Shown: piece by piece, positions 22,793-31,253 of the stretch
How positions within the stretch are numbered: the first letter of the stretch is position 1
Layout of the letters: each line of letters opens with the position of its first letter
Source of the DNA: an uncultured Alphaproteobacteria bacterium
Lineage (GTDB): Bacteria > Pseudomonadota > Alphaproteobacteria > Rhizobiales > Xanthobacteraceae
Reading direction: 5' to 3'
Assembly: GCA_963807865.1 (NCBI GenBank)
Contig: CAWEDK010000039.1
Location: 168,043-232,042 of the forward strand
Length of the DNA stretch: 64,000 bases
Notes under the pieces: generated by a model
Database searches by the model: none
Told to the model about the DNA's origin: nothing
Seen by the model: the letters and a program-made list of their open reading frames with translations, nothing else
Made by a program: the position numbers and the translations under genes

Positions 22793-23221
22793 TCACGCGC
22801 TGTTCAACGCGGCGGCGAGCTTTTTTGCCTGCTCCGTCAGCACGTCCGGGGTCTCCTTGATGGCGGCTGGCGGCTTCATCGCAATTCCGTCCTTGCGGGG
22901 GATGACATGCACGTGCAGGTGAAACACCACTTGGCCGCCGGCGGCTTCGTTGAACTGCTGGATGGTAACGCCATCGGCGGCAAAGACTTGAACCGAGACC
23001 TTGGCGATTTTCTGCGCCACCTTCATCACCGCGGCCAGATCGTCCGGCGCGACATCGAGCATATTGCGCGCGGCCACTTTCGGCAGCACCAGAGCGTGAC
23101 CGGGCGCACGCGGCATGATGTCGAGGAACGCCAAGGTCTTGTCGTCCTCGTATACCTTGTAACACGGCAATTCACCGCGCAGTATCTTGGCAAAAATGTT
23201 GTTCTGATCGTAGGCAGGCAT
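22793..23221 (-). CDS. HIT (histidine triad) family protein
   Basis: NIFAKILRGELPCYKVYEDDKTLAFLDI and the triad VFHLHVHVIPR. Confidence 0.9.
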   Translation of the reverse strand: MPAYDQNNIFAKILRGELPCYKVYEDDKTLAFLDIMPRAPGHALVLPKVAARNMLDVAPDDLAAVMKVAQKIAKVSVQVFAADGVTIQQFNEAAGGQVVFHLHVHVIPRKDGIAMKPPAAIKETPDVLTEQAKKLAAALNSA

Positions 23222-23241
23222 CGGTTAGTCTCCCTAGTGTC

Positions 23242-23296
23242 CCGATTTCGAACGGCGCATCATTGCGCCGCGATTATTTTGCGACTTCGAAATCGG
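23242..23296. repeat. nested inverted repeat between the DUF482-like gene and the HIT gene
   Basis: Outer perfect 11-bp arms CCGATTTCGAA (23242-23252) / TTCGAAATCGG (23286-23296) enclose an inner perfect hairpin CGGCGCA-TCAT-TGCGCCG (23253-23270). Confidence 0.6.
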
Positions 23297-23420
23297 CAGA
23301 CACCAGCACTCCATGATTCCGGTGTGGCTTAGGTTCACAAGTCCGCGCCACCCTAACGCATGTTCGATTGCAGGTGGCGGCGGGCAGGTCAAGCCGAGAT
23401 CGGGCTTTGCTTAGGTTGCG

Positions 23421-24668
23421 TCAGGCCTTGCGGAACGGCGCGGCGTCTTCCAGTTCGGCGGCAGCCGCCGCCACCAAGGCGCGTTCATGTTTGAGGAAAT
23501 CGTCGATCGCCCGGCGCAGCGACGGATTGACGATGTAGTGCGCCGAATAGGTCGTTGTCGGGAGATAGCCGCGAGAGATCTTGTGCTCGCCCTGCGCGCC
23601 GGCCTCGACGCGGGCGAGGCGGTGTTCGATGGCATATTGAATGGCCTGGTAGTAGCAGAGCTCGAAATGCAGGAACGGATGGTGTTCGATGCTTCCCCAG
23701 TGACGCCCGTACAGCGTGTGCGAACCGATGAAGTTGATGGCGCCGGCAATCCAGTGCCCGTTGCGCTTCGCCATGACCAGCAGGATGCGATTGCCCATGC
23801 GGGCGCCGACCAGCGAATAGAACTCGCGCGTGAGGTAGGGTCGCCCCCATTTGCGCGAACCGGTTTCCATGTAGAAGTTGAAGAATGCATCCCAGACGCT
23901 TTCAGTGAGGTCGGCCCCGGTCAGCCAATGCACCGTGATGCCGTTCTCCAGCGCGTCCTCGCGCTCGCGGCGGATGGCCTTGCGCTTGCGTGAGGAAAGG
24001 GCGGACAGGAAGTCGTCGAAGTTGCCGTAGCCAGCGTTCTGCCAATGGAATTGCTGATGCGTGCGTTTGAGGAAGCCGCGGCTGCCGAGCAACTGCCATT
24101 CGGGTTCGGTCAGGAAGGTGACGTGCGCGGAGGACGCTTCGGAGCGCCGGCACACATCCATCAAGGCGTCTGCCAGCGCGGCGCGGATGGCGTCGGCGGC
24201 GGGTTCGTCGCGCACTAGGAGCCGGTGGCCGGTGGCCGGGGTGAACGGAACCGACACCTGGAGCTTAGGGTAATATTGTCCGCCGGCGCGCTCGAACGCC
24301 TCGGCCCAGCCGTGATCGAAGACGTATTCGCCTTGGGAATGCGACTTGGCATAGCACGGCACAGCGCCGACCAGACGCCCGCCCGGCTCTTGAGCGAGAA
24401 GATGCATCGGCTCCCAGCCGGTTCGCGGCTGGACCGACTTTGAAAGTTCCAAACACGCCAGAAAATCGTGCGAAATGAATGGGTTGTACTCAGATATTGA
24501 AGAAGTCTCCGCAGAGACCGTCGCCGCGGGACCGGCACAGCCAGGGGCTGGGACCGCGCTCGGATTGGCGCAGGCGTCCCACTGCTCAGCCGCGACGTCA
24601 GTGATGGCGCGAGCGATTTGGAGCGTCAGTTCAAGCGATGCCATGAAACGTAGGTCTGCAAACCCCAT
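23421..24668 (-). CDS. DUF482/FemAB-like GNAT-fold acyltransferase family protein
   Basis: YNPFISHDFLACLELSKSV...TGWEPMHLL, YAKSHSQGEYVFDHGWAEAFERAGGQYYPKLQVSVPFTPATG is typical of COG3146-type proteins; the start may be ATG 24644. Confidence 0.7.
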   Translation of the reverse strand: MGFADLRFMASLELTLQIARAITDVAAEQWDACANPSAVPAPGCAGPAATVSAETSSISEYNPFISHDFLACLELSKSVQPRTGWEPMHLLAQEPGGRLVGAVPCYAKSHSQGEYVFDHGWAEAFERAGGQYYPKLQVSVPFTPATGHRLLVRDEPAADAIRAALADALMDVCRRSEASSAHVTFLTEPEWQLLGSRGFLKRTHQQFHWQNAGYGNFDDFLSALSSRKRKAIRREREDALENGITVHWLTGADLTESVWDAFFNFYMETGSRKWGRPYLTREFYSLVGARMGNRILLVMAKRNGHWIAGAINFIGSHTLYGRHWGSIEHHPFLHFELCYYQAIQYAIEHRLARVEAGAQGEHKISRGYLPTTTYSAHYIVNPSLRRAIDDFLKHERALVAAAAAELEDAAPFRKA

Positions 24669-24813
24669 GCCGATGATAGCGCGAACTTTGGGGCGAAATC
24701 CCTCAAAAATGATTTGATCGACGGTTGGCCGCTATGCCCTTGCGCAATGGAAGGCCGCCGTGTCGTTCAGGAAGGCGAACGCCAATCGGGACGCTCGACT
24801 CTATACGCCGCCG

Positions 24814-25281
24814 TCAGGCCACCTCGAAAATTCCCTCGACTTCGACTGCCGCTTCATTCGGCAGAGCCGCGACGCCCACTGTGGTGCGTGCGTGACGTCC
24901 CTTATCGCCGAACGCCGCAACCATGACGTCGGAAGCGCCATTGAGCACCTTGGGGCCATCCGCAAAGCCTGGGGCAGAATTGACGAAGCCGCTGAGGCGA
25001 ACCACCCGGACCACGTTGTCGAGGTCGCCGACCGCCGCTTTGACGTTGGCGAGGAGGTTGGCGGCACAGGCGCGTGCCGCTTTTTGGCCGTCCTCCAGTG
25101 ATACGCTCGCACCAAGCTGACCTTTGGCGACGAGCTTTCCGCTCGCGTCGTGACAGATTTGGCCGGATACGAACAGAAGCGATCCGACTCGGACCGATGG
25201 AATGTAGTTGGCCACCGGAGTCACTGGAGGCGGCAGCACCACCCCGATGTCTGCAAGTTTCTTTTCAACCATTCCAGCCAT
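24814..25281 (-). CDS. RidA/YjgF family protein
   Basis: 155 aa; GSLLFVSGQ..., VVRLSGFVNSAPGF, ARTTVGVAALPNEAAVEVEGIFEV. Confidence 0.85.
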   Translation of the reverse strand: MAGMVEKKLADIGVVLPPPVTPVANYIPSVRVGSLLFVSGQICHDASGKLVAKGQLGASVSLEDGQKAARACAANLLANVKAAVGDLDNVVRVVRLSGFVNSAPGFADGPKVLNGASDVMVAAFGDKGRHARTTVGVAALPNEAAVEVEGIFEVA

Positions 25282-25461
25282 GATCTGCTCCCATGCCGGC
25301 GCCGAAAACTTTCCCGCGGTATCTTGCAGGCGGCGGCATTCTCTCTTCGCCGATCAGCCGCGGGCGCGCAAGCCACCGGATCGGCACGGAGCTTGCACGG
25401 TTGCGGCTCGATTCAATCCTTCTTATGTTCGATAGCCGAGTCGCGGCAGGAGGCAGACGCA

Positions 25462-26322
25462 ATGACAATGACCGGAAAATGCGCGTTCCGCGCGTCGGCG
25501 GTCGTCCTGATGATGGCGGCTTTGACCAGTGGCTCCGGCCGGTTTTCGGCCGCCGCGCTGACGCCGGCGAGCGAGCTTGCCTCCCATCGCGCGGTCTACG
25601 AACTCAAGCTTGTGCAGTCGCGGAGCAACGGCACGGTCGACGCTCGAGGGCGCATCCTTTACGATTTTTCCGGCAATGTCTGTGAGGGCTACGCACTGCA
25701 GTTCCGTCAGGTGTCGGTCCTCGACAACGGCGAAGGCCGGACCGCGCTCAGCGACATGCGTTCGACCACCTGGGAGGACGGCAATGCGAGCAGCTACGTG
25801 TTCAAATCCCAGAACCGGCTGAATGAGCAGGTGGTGGATACGGTCGACGGGCGGGCGGATCGCAAGTCCGACAAGATCGCGGTGACGCTGACGAAGCCGA
25901 AGGACAAGTCTGTCGACCTGACGTCCGCGATCGCATTTCCGACCGATCATGTGCGCCGCATCATCGAGGCCGCACGCGAAGGCAAGAGCGTGCTGGAGGT
26001 GCCGGTCTACGACGGCGCGGAGACGGGCGAGAAGGTCTACAACACCCTGACGGTGATCGGTCGCGGCATCCCGCCGGATGAACGCGTGCCGACCGACGCC
26101 GCCGCCGGCAAGGCCGAACTCGCCGGCATGATGCGTTGGCCCGTCACGGTGAGCTATTTCGACCGCGCCAAGACCGGCGGCGAACAGGCTCCGGTCTATT
26201 CGATCAAGTTCGAACTTTACGAGAATGGCATCTCGCGCGCGCTGGTGCTCGACTACAACGACTTCGTGATCAGCGGCGAACTGACGACGCTCGAAATCCG
26301 CGACAGCAAGCCCTGCAAATAG
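25462..26322 (+). CDS. DUF1849 / EipB-family periplasmic envelope-integrity protein
   Basis: Signal peptide MTMTGKCAFRASAVVLMMAALTSGSG, then AVYELKL...GRILYDFSGNVCEGYALQFRQVS...WPVTVSYFD...YSIKFELYENGISRALVLDYNDFVISGEL, as in DUF1849 proteins. Confidence 0.75.
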   Translation: MTMTGKCAFRASAVVLMMAALTSGSGRFSAAALTPASELASHRAVYELKLVQSRSNGTVDARGRILYDFSGNVCEGYALQFRQVSVLDNGEGRTALSDMRSTTWEDGNASSYVFKSQNRLNEQVVDTVDGRADRKSDKIAVTLTKPKDKSVDLTSAIAFPTDHVRRIIEAAREGKSVLEVPVYDGAETGEKVYNTLTVIGRGIPPDERVPTDAAAGKAELAGMMRWPVTVSYFDRAKTGGEQAPVYSIKFELYENGISRALVLDYNDFVISGELTTLEIRDSKPCK

Positions 26323-26366
26323 CGGCGTTCGCACAGCGTCGCCGTGGTGTTTTTCGTGCACAGGGT

Positions 26367-27632
26367 TCAGTCATCGTCTTCGGCCTGATCGAGCGTCAGG
26401 CCCCGCACCACGGCTTCCTCGCCGAATTTCTTGCGCAGTCGGTCGACCGCCTGCTCGGCTTCCGCGGTCCGCCGGTCGAGAAGATCGGCGTGATCGGCTC
26501 CGTCGGCTGTGGTCATTCCCGAGACACCGATTCCGATGAGGCGGAACTGGGTTCCGTCGGTCTCGCGTGCCAGAAGGTCCTGTCCGACGGCGAAGATGGT
26601 CGCGGCCAATTGGGTGGGATGGCTGAGCGAACGCGCGCGTGTGCGAATCTGGAAGTCGGCCGTCTTCAGCTTCAGGGTGACGCTCGATCCCGCGAGATCG
26701 CTCGCCTTCAGCCGGCCCGAGACTTTTTCCGCCAATCGCCATAATCGCAGCTCGAGCGGCCTGAAGTCCGCAATGTCGCGGTCAAACGTGGTTTCGGCGG
26801 AGACGCTCTTGGTTTCGCGGTCCGACCGAACCGGACGCTCGTCGACGCCATGCGCAAGGCGCGTGAGCCGCGTGCCTTCCGCGCCGTAGCGGCGCGTCAA
26901 CTCGGCTTCGCTGAGGCGTTGCAGGTCACCGATCAGACGCACGCCGTCGCGCGCCAGCCGCTGCTGCGCCATCTTACCGACGCCGTAGATCAGGCTCACC
27001 GGCCTGGGCGCAAGGAAGGCCGATGCCTCGCCGCGGCCAAGGACGGCGTAGCCGCGCGGCTTGTCCAGGTCGGAGGCGATCTTGGCCAGAAACTTGTTGC
27101 ACGAGAGTCCGATCGAAATCGTAATGCCGATGGCTGCTTCAATCTCGGCCGCGAAGTTCGCCAGCGCCTTGGCCGGCGCCATGCCGTGCAGACGCGCGGT
27201 TCCGCTCAAGTCCATGAATGCTTCGTCAATCGAGACCGGCTCGACCAGTGGCGTCAGTTTGAACATCCGTGTCCGCACTGCGCGGCCGGCTTCCGCATAT
27301 TTCGCCATATTGGGACGCACGATGCTGGCGTGCGGACACAGCCGCCGGGCCTCGAACATCGGCATCGCCGAGCGAACGCCAAATGTGCGCGCGACGTAGC
27401 ATGCGGTCAGTACGACGCCGCGCTGACCGCCTCCTACGATCACCGGCTTATCGGCGAGCGAGGGATCGTCGCGCTTTTCGATGGTGGCGTAGAACGCATC
27501 GCAGTCCACATGTGCGATCGACAGCGTGTCCAGCTCGGCATGACGCAACAGCCTCGGTGAGCCGCAGGCCGGACACCGGACGCAATCGTCCGGCACGTCA
27601 TGGCGGCAGTCGCGGCAGAAGCCCTTCGGCAT
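26367..27632 (-). CDS. dinB: DNA polymerase IV with N-terminal CxxC...CxxC extension
   Basis: IAHVDCDAFYATIEKRDDPSLADKPVIVGG...GVVLTACYVARTFGVRSAMP, SIDEAFMDL; the first 30 aa carry FCRDC...RCPACGSPR. Confidence 0.9.
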   Translation of the reverse strand: MPKGFCRDCRHDVPDDCVRCPACGSPRLLRHAELDTLSIAHVDCDAFYATIEKRDDPSLADKPVIVGGGQRGVVLTACYVARTFGVRSAMPMFEARRLCPHASIVRPNMAKYAEAGRAVRTRMFKLTPLVEPVSIDEAFMDLSGTARLHGMAPAKALANFAAEIEAAIGITISIGLSCNKFLAKIASDLDKPRGYAVLGRGEASAFLAPRPVSLIYGVGKMAQQRLARDGVRLIGDLQRLSEAELTRRYGAEGTRLTRLAHGVDERPVRSDRETKSVSAETTFDRDIADFRPLELRLWRLAEKVSGRLKASDLAGSSVTLKLKTADFQIRTRARSLSHPTQLAATIFAVGQDLLARETDGTQFRLIGIGVSGMTTADGADHADLLDRRTAEAEQAVDRLRKKFGEEAVVRGLTLDQAEDDD

Positions 27633-27688
27633 TGCGGTCTATCGCCTTGATCGATCGGGGCACCGCGAGCGGACGATAGCACGTCGGA

Positions 27689-28006
27689 TCACGGCTCCTG
27701 CGGGATTTCGCCAGCGAGCAAGGTGCGGGCGTCGCCGACCGCCGACGGATCGATGCCGCGGTCTTCGGAAAACGCGAGCAGCAGTGGTTCGTCGCCGCTG
27801 AGGTGATCGAGCACGCCGAGCAGAAAGCCAGGTTCACCGGCGGCGGCGCGCAGCGACTTCGGGCCGATTCCGCTCAGCGCCAGGAACCGGCCGAGCCGTT
27901 CCGGTTCCTGAGCGATAAACGTCAGTGCGGCGATCGCGAGCGAGGCGGCGGCATCGCGCCGCGCGGACACATCCCGCTTCGAATGTGGCAAAGATGGTCG
28001 CTTCAT
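27689..28006 (-). CDS. DUF3572-family small protein
   Basis: 105 aa from ATG 28006; ALTFIAQEPERLGRFLALSGIGPKSLRAAAGEPGFLLGVLDHLSGDEPLLLAF matches my recollection of DUF3572. Confidence 0.55.
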   Translation of the reverse strand: MKRPSLPHSKRDVSARRDAAASLAIAALTFIAQEPERLGRFLALSGIGPKSLRAAAGEPGFLLGVLDHLSGDEPLLLAFSEDRGIDPSAVGDARTLLAGEIPQEP

Positions 28007-28120
28007 CGGGTCCCCTCGAGTTCGGCGGGCAGGTTGATTCGAGTGAAGATTTCGCTCTCGACGACGGACCGGATAGTCAGGTAGGTGAATGGGGTCTGGC
28101 AAAGCACGACGGAGGAAGCC

Positions 28121-28567
28121 ATGCAAAAGTCGAGTGTATCTGTCGCGGGGTTGAGCGTCCTGCTGGCGTTGGCGCTCGCCGCGTGGGAGGTCTATTTCTT
28201 CTGGTACGCTGGTTCCTTCAAAGGCGCGGAAGGCAGGCTCGGCCTGTTCACGCCGGATCGGCTAGGCTTCAATCTGGCGTGGCTTGCCGCAGTTTACCTC
28301 ACCTTCCAACTCCTCTCCATTCCGTTCAGTCTGCCGTCCGGCGCCAACCGGTTCATGGGTGTGGTGGACGGCTTGGCGTCGCTTGTGCCGCTCGCCGTGG
28401 TTTTGATCGTGGTGTTCGGCAAGCCGCACCTGCTCGATACCGAGCGGCGGTGGGAAGCGGCGTTTCTGTTGATGTTCGTCACCATGGTCGATCTGTTCGG
28501 CGGCTACACGTTCAACATCGCGCTCAGCCGGAGAACGATGGATGTGGGACCGGGCATGCATGCGTAA
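28121..28567 (+). CDS. hypothetical membrane protein
   Basis: GGAGGAAG SD ahead of ATG 28121; four predicted hydrophobic segments; no family recognised. Confidence 0.5.
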   Translation: MQKSSVSVAGLSVLLALALAAWEVYFFWYAGSFKGAEGRLGLFTPDRLGFNLAWLAAVYLTFQLLSIPFSLPSGANRFMGVVDGLASLVPLAVVLIVVFGKPHLLDTERRWEAAFLLMFVTMVDLFGGYTFNIALSRRTMDVGPGMHA

Positions 28568-28838
28568 TCCACACTGCCGAATTGGCCAACCGTTCAAGTT
28601 CCAAACGAGATTAATTCAACGTATTCGATGTTTTGCGGGATTCGTGTAAGCTGTTGACATATTTAATGTATTAAGGTCGTTCCGGGAAGCCGGGCGGCCC
28701 GGTTTATGCGGTCAAATTTGCGTTTCCGTAACAAATCGGCCCTACTTTCGCGATGTGTTCCTTTCGATGGTAGGGCAGGGAGCCGACGGTCTCGAGGGGG
28801 TATTTGGCTTGGGCGCTGGGGCTGCTGGAAAGTCGGGG

Positions 28839-29210
28839 ATGGCCAAGACCGTCATGATCGTGGAGGACAACGAGCTCAACATGAAGCTCTTTCACGACTT
28901 GTTGGAAGCGCACGGCTATCAGACCGTCGGAACGCGCAATGGCATCGAGGCGCTCGACCTTGCGCGCCGTCATCATCCCGATTTGATCCTGATGGATATC
29001 CAGCTTCCCGAAGTTTCCGGCCTTGAGGTGACCAAGTGGCTCAAGGAGGATCCGGACCTTCGCACCATTCCGGTCGTTGCCGTCACCGCGTTTGCGATGA
29101 AGGGCGACGAAGAACGCATCCGCGAGGGCGGTTGCGAGGCTTATCTGTCGAAGCCGATCTCGGTAGGGAAATTCATCGAAACCATCCGTCACTTTCTCGG
29201 CAACGCTTGA
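28839..29210 (+). CDS. divK: single-domain response regulator DivK
   Basis: [27 protein letters not shown]...[60 protein letters not shown]; immediately upstream of pleD. Confidence 0.9.
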   Translation: MAKTVMIVEDNELNMKLFHDLLEAHGYQTVGTRNGIEALDLARRHHPDLILMDIQLPEVSGLEVTKWLKEDPDLRTIPVVAVTAFAMKGDEERIREGGCEAYLSKPISVGKFIETIRHFLGNA

Positions 29211-29222
29211 GGAGCCACGTCG

Positions 29223-30593
29223 ATGACTGCCCGTGTTCTCGTCATCGACGACGTGCCGGCCAACGTCAAGTTGCTGGAAGCGCGTCTCTCAGCGGAGTAT
29301 TTCGATGTCGTGACCGCGATGAGCGGTGCTGAGGGGCTGGCGATCTGCGAGCGCGCCGAATGCGACGTCGTGCTGCTTGACGTCATGATGCCGGACATGG
29401 ACGGCTTCGAGGTCTGCCGCTATCTCAAGTCGAATCCCGCGACCCATCACATCCCGGTCGTGATGGTGACCGCGCTCGATCAGCCGTCTGACCGCGTCCG
29501 CGGCCTGCTGGCAGGCGCCGATGATTTTCTCACCAAGCCGGTTTCCGACATTGCGTTGATTGCCCGTGTCCGATCGTTGGCGCGGCTCAAGCTGATGACC
29601 GACGAGTTGCGCATGCGGGCAGTGACCTCACGCGATATTGGGATTGTCAGTCCCGAGCGGGAGGCCGTGAGCGAGGGAGGGCGCGACGGACGCATTCTCA
29701 TCGTCGACGATCGGGCATCGTCCAACGAGCACCTCGCCGCCATGCTGACGACCGAGCATCGGCCGGAGATCGAGACCGACCCCAGTGCGGCCTTATTCCG
29801 CGCGGCGGAAGGTCACTTCGACCTGCTGATCGTCTCCCTCGCTTTTGAGAGTTTCGACGGGCTGCGACTGTGCAGCCAACTTCGTTCGCTCGACCGTACC
29901 CGGAACGTGCCGATCCTGGCGATTGCCGATGCCGACAACAGCGCACGCCTCGTCCGGGGGCTCGAGATCGGCATCAATGACTACCTGACGCGGCCGATCG
30001 ACAAGAACGAATTGCTGGCGCGGGTCCGCACGCAGGTCCGCAAGAAGCGCTACACCGAGCGACTGCGCGACAATGTGCAGATGTCGATCGAGATGGCGAT
30101 CACGGATGCGCTTACCGGCCTTTACAATCGCCGTTACATGGAGAGCCATGTCGGTACGCTGGTCGAACAGGCCTCGGCGCGCGGCAAGCCGCTGACGGTG
30201 CTGGTGCTGGACATCGATTACTTCAAGTCGATCAACGACAGTCACGGGCACGACGCGGGCGACGACGTGCTGCGCGAGTTCGCGATCCGAATCCGCAAAT
30301 CGATCCGCGGAATCGACCTCGCCTGCCGCTACGGCGGGGAGGAGTTCGTGGTGGTGATGCCGGAGACCGATCTGGCGGTGGCCACCATGGTGGCGGAGCG
30401 GTTGCGCCGGCGCATCGCCAGCGAGGCGTTTCCGATCCAGCAGGGCGCCCGCAGCGTCGAGGTCACGATCTCGATCGGGATCGCCGCGCTCGGCAGCGGC
30501 GACAACGCAGCAAGCGTCATCAAGCGTGCAGATCAGGCGCTCTATCGCGCCAAGCGCGACGGCCGCAACCGTGTGGTTCCGGCCGCCGCCTGA
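29223..30593 (+). CDS. pleD: response regulator diguanylate cyclase PleD (REC-REC-GGDEF)
   Basis: MTARVLVIDDVPANVKLLEARL, LLDVMMPDMDG, second REC, then LTGLYNRRY...RGIDLACRYGGEEF (RxxD I-site plus GGEEF). Confidence 0.93.
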   Translation: MTARVLVIDDVPANVKLLEARLSAEYFDVVTAMSGAEGLAICERAECDVVLLDVMMPDMDGFEVCRYLKSNPATHHIPVVMVTALDQPSDRVRGLLAGADDFLTKPVSDIALIARVRSLARLKLMTDELRMRAVTSRDIGIVSPEREAVSEGGRDGRILIVDDRASSNEHLAAMLTTEHRPEIETDPSAALFRAAEGHFDLLIVSLAFESFDGLRLCSQLRSLDRTRNVPILAIADADNSARLVRGLEIGINDYLTRPIDKNELLARVRTQVRKKRYTERLRDNVQMSIEMAITDALTGLYNRRYMESHVGTLVEQASARGKPLTVLVLDIDYFKSINDSHGHDAGDDVLREFAIRIRKSIRGIDLACRYGGEEFVVVMPETDLAVATMVAERLRRRIASEAFPIQQGARSVEVTISIGIAALGSGDNAASVIKRADQALYRAKRDGRNRVVPAAA

Positions 30594-30627
30594 ACTCGGC
30601 GCCGGGCCGTTGGCAAGCAAGCGTCAC

Positions 30628-30654
30628 GGTCAACCCTAATGTTTTAGGTTGACC
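30628..30654 (+). terminator. hairpin downstream of pleD (weak terminator)
   Basis: GGTCAACC (30628-30635) / GGTTGACC (30647-30654), 8-bp perfect stem, followed by CGTTTCC. Confidence 0.4.
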
Positions 30655-30753
30655 CGTTTCCGCGCGTTTTCCACAACGTAAATTCTTGCTTTGTGAGGCG
30701 ATTGCGCTAGTTTGCGGCGAGGGGAACGCTCACTCACGAACTGCGGCGAGTTC

Positions 30754-30783
30754 TTGCACAGGCTTCAGTTTGTCGAATAAGCT
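30754..30783 (+). promoter_or_regulatory. candidate sigma70-type promoter of the sRNA candidate
   Basis: TTGCAC (30754-30759), 18-nt spacer, TAAGCT (30778-30783); the first structured nucleotide follows 7 nt later. Confidence 0.35.
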
Positions 30784-30789
30784 ATTGAT

Positions 30790-30903
30790 AACCCTACGGG
30801 AATGCTCAGGTCCGCCGCATCTCCTGGGTCCGTGGGGTTCGGCCGGTCCGGGGGCGGTACGAGTGGCCTCCTCATGACACCGCTCCCGACCGGCCACCTT
30901 TTT
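30790..30903 (+). ncRNA. candidate small RNA of about 115 nt (two stem-loops, CCUCCUC apical motif, intrinsic terminator)
   Basis: Stem-loop 1 spans 30790-30839 (10 bp + 7 bp). Stem-loop 2 spans 30841-30895 (17 bp, GC-rich) with CCUCCUC at 30867-30873, then ACCUUUUU. The U-tail is only on the + strand. The family was not identified. Confidence 0.5.
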
Positions 30904-30961
30904 GCGCTGTATCGAGACGCCTTAATCTACAGGCTGTTTTGAGCAATACCGAAAATTCGAT

Positions 30962-30989
30962 GGGCACCCTCGGGGCGCCCGCTTTTTTG
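30962..30989. terminator. bidirectional hairpin terminator at the rpmG 3' end
   Basis: GGGCACC-CTCG-GGGCGCCC hairpin (one mismatch) followed by GCTTTTTTGG on the + strand and preceded by its A-run complement; 11 nt beyond the rpmG stop. Confidence 0.55.
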
Positions 30990-31000
30990 GTCCGAGCGAC

Positions 31001-31168
31001 CTACTTGATCTTCAATTCGCGGAATTCGACGTGCTTCCGGGCAACCGGATCGTATTTCTTCATGACGAGCTTTTCGGTCATGGTCCGGGAGTTCTTCCGG
31101 GTCACGTAATAGAAGCCAGTGTCGGCGCTCGACACGAGCTTGACCTTGATAGTGGTGGCCTTTGCCAT
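31001..31168 (-). CDS. rpmG: 50S ribosomal protein L33
   Basis: Not in the ORF track (55 aa). Hand translation: [55 protein letters not shown]. Confidence 0.95.
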   Translation of the reverse strand: MAKATTIKVKLVSSADTGFYYVTRKNSRTMTEKLVMKKYDPVARKHVEFRELKIK

Positions 31169-31198
31169 GAGCGAACCTCGATGCGCTAATTTGGGCGG

Positions 31199-31226
31199 AC
31201 CCTATCCGCTGACGTCATAATGTCAA
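31199..31226 (-). promoter_or_regulatory. candidate sigma70 promoter of rpmG
   Basis: Minus strand TTGACA (31226-31221), 16 nt, TAGGGT (31204-31199); overlaps the palindrome TGACGTCA. Confidence 0.4.
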
Positions 31227-31253
31227 GGAAGGCGGGCGGGAAACAGCCCGATT

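Noticed and set aside
28600-28675. CtrA boxes (TTAA-N7-TTAAC) in the AT-rich divK-pleD upstream region and near topA (37241-37257)
   Set aside because: Only half-sites or wrong spacings are present: TTAA-N4-TTAA at about 28652-28663 and TTAA-N8-TTAA near 37241. No canonical N7 box was seen, and no convincing -35/-10 pair could be fixed either.
30686-30877. 63-aa ORF in the pleD-rpmG gap
   Set aside because: It has no Shine-Dalgarno and a non-protein-like composition. It runs straight through the two strong RNA hairpins. It is better explained as a non-coding RNA locus.
30790-30903. Possibility that the structured RNA is SRP (4.5S), 6S, tmRNA or RNase P RNA
   Set aside because: I found no GGAAGCAGC-type SRP domain IV motif, no tmRNA tag reading frame, and no RNase P GAGGAAAGUCC motif. 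It is too short and hairpin-like for 6S. The family is left unassigned.
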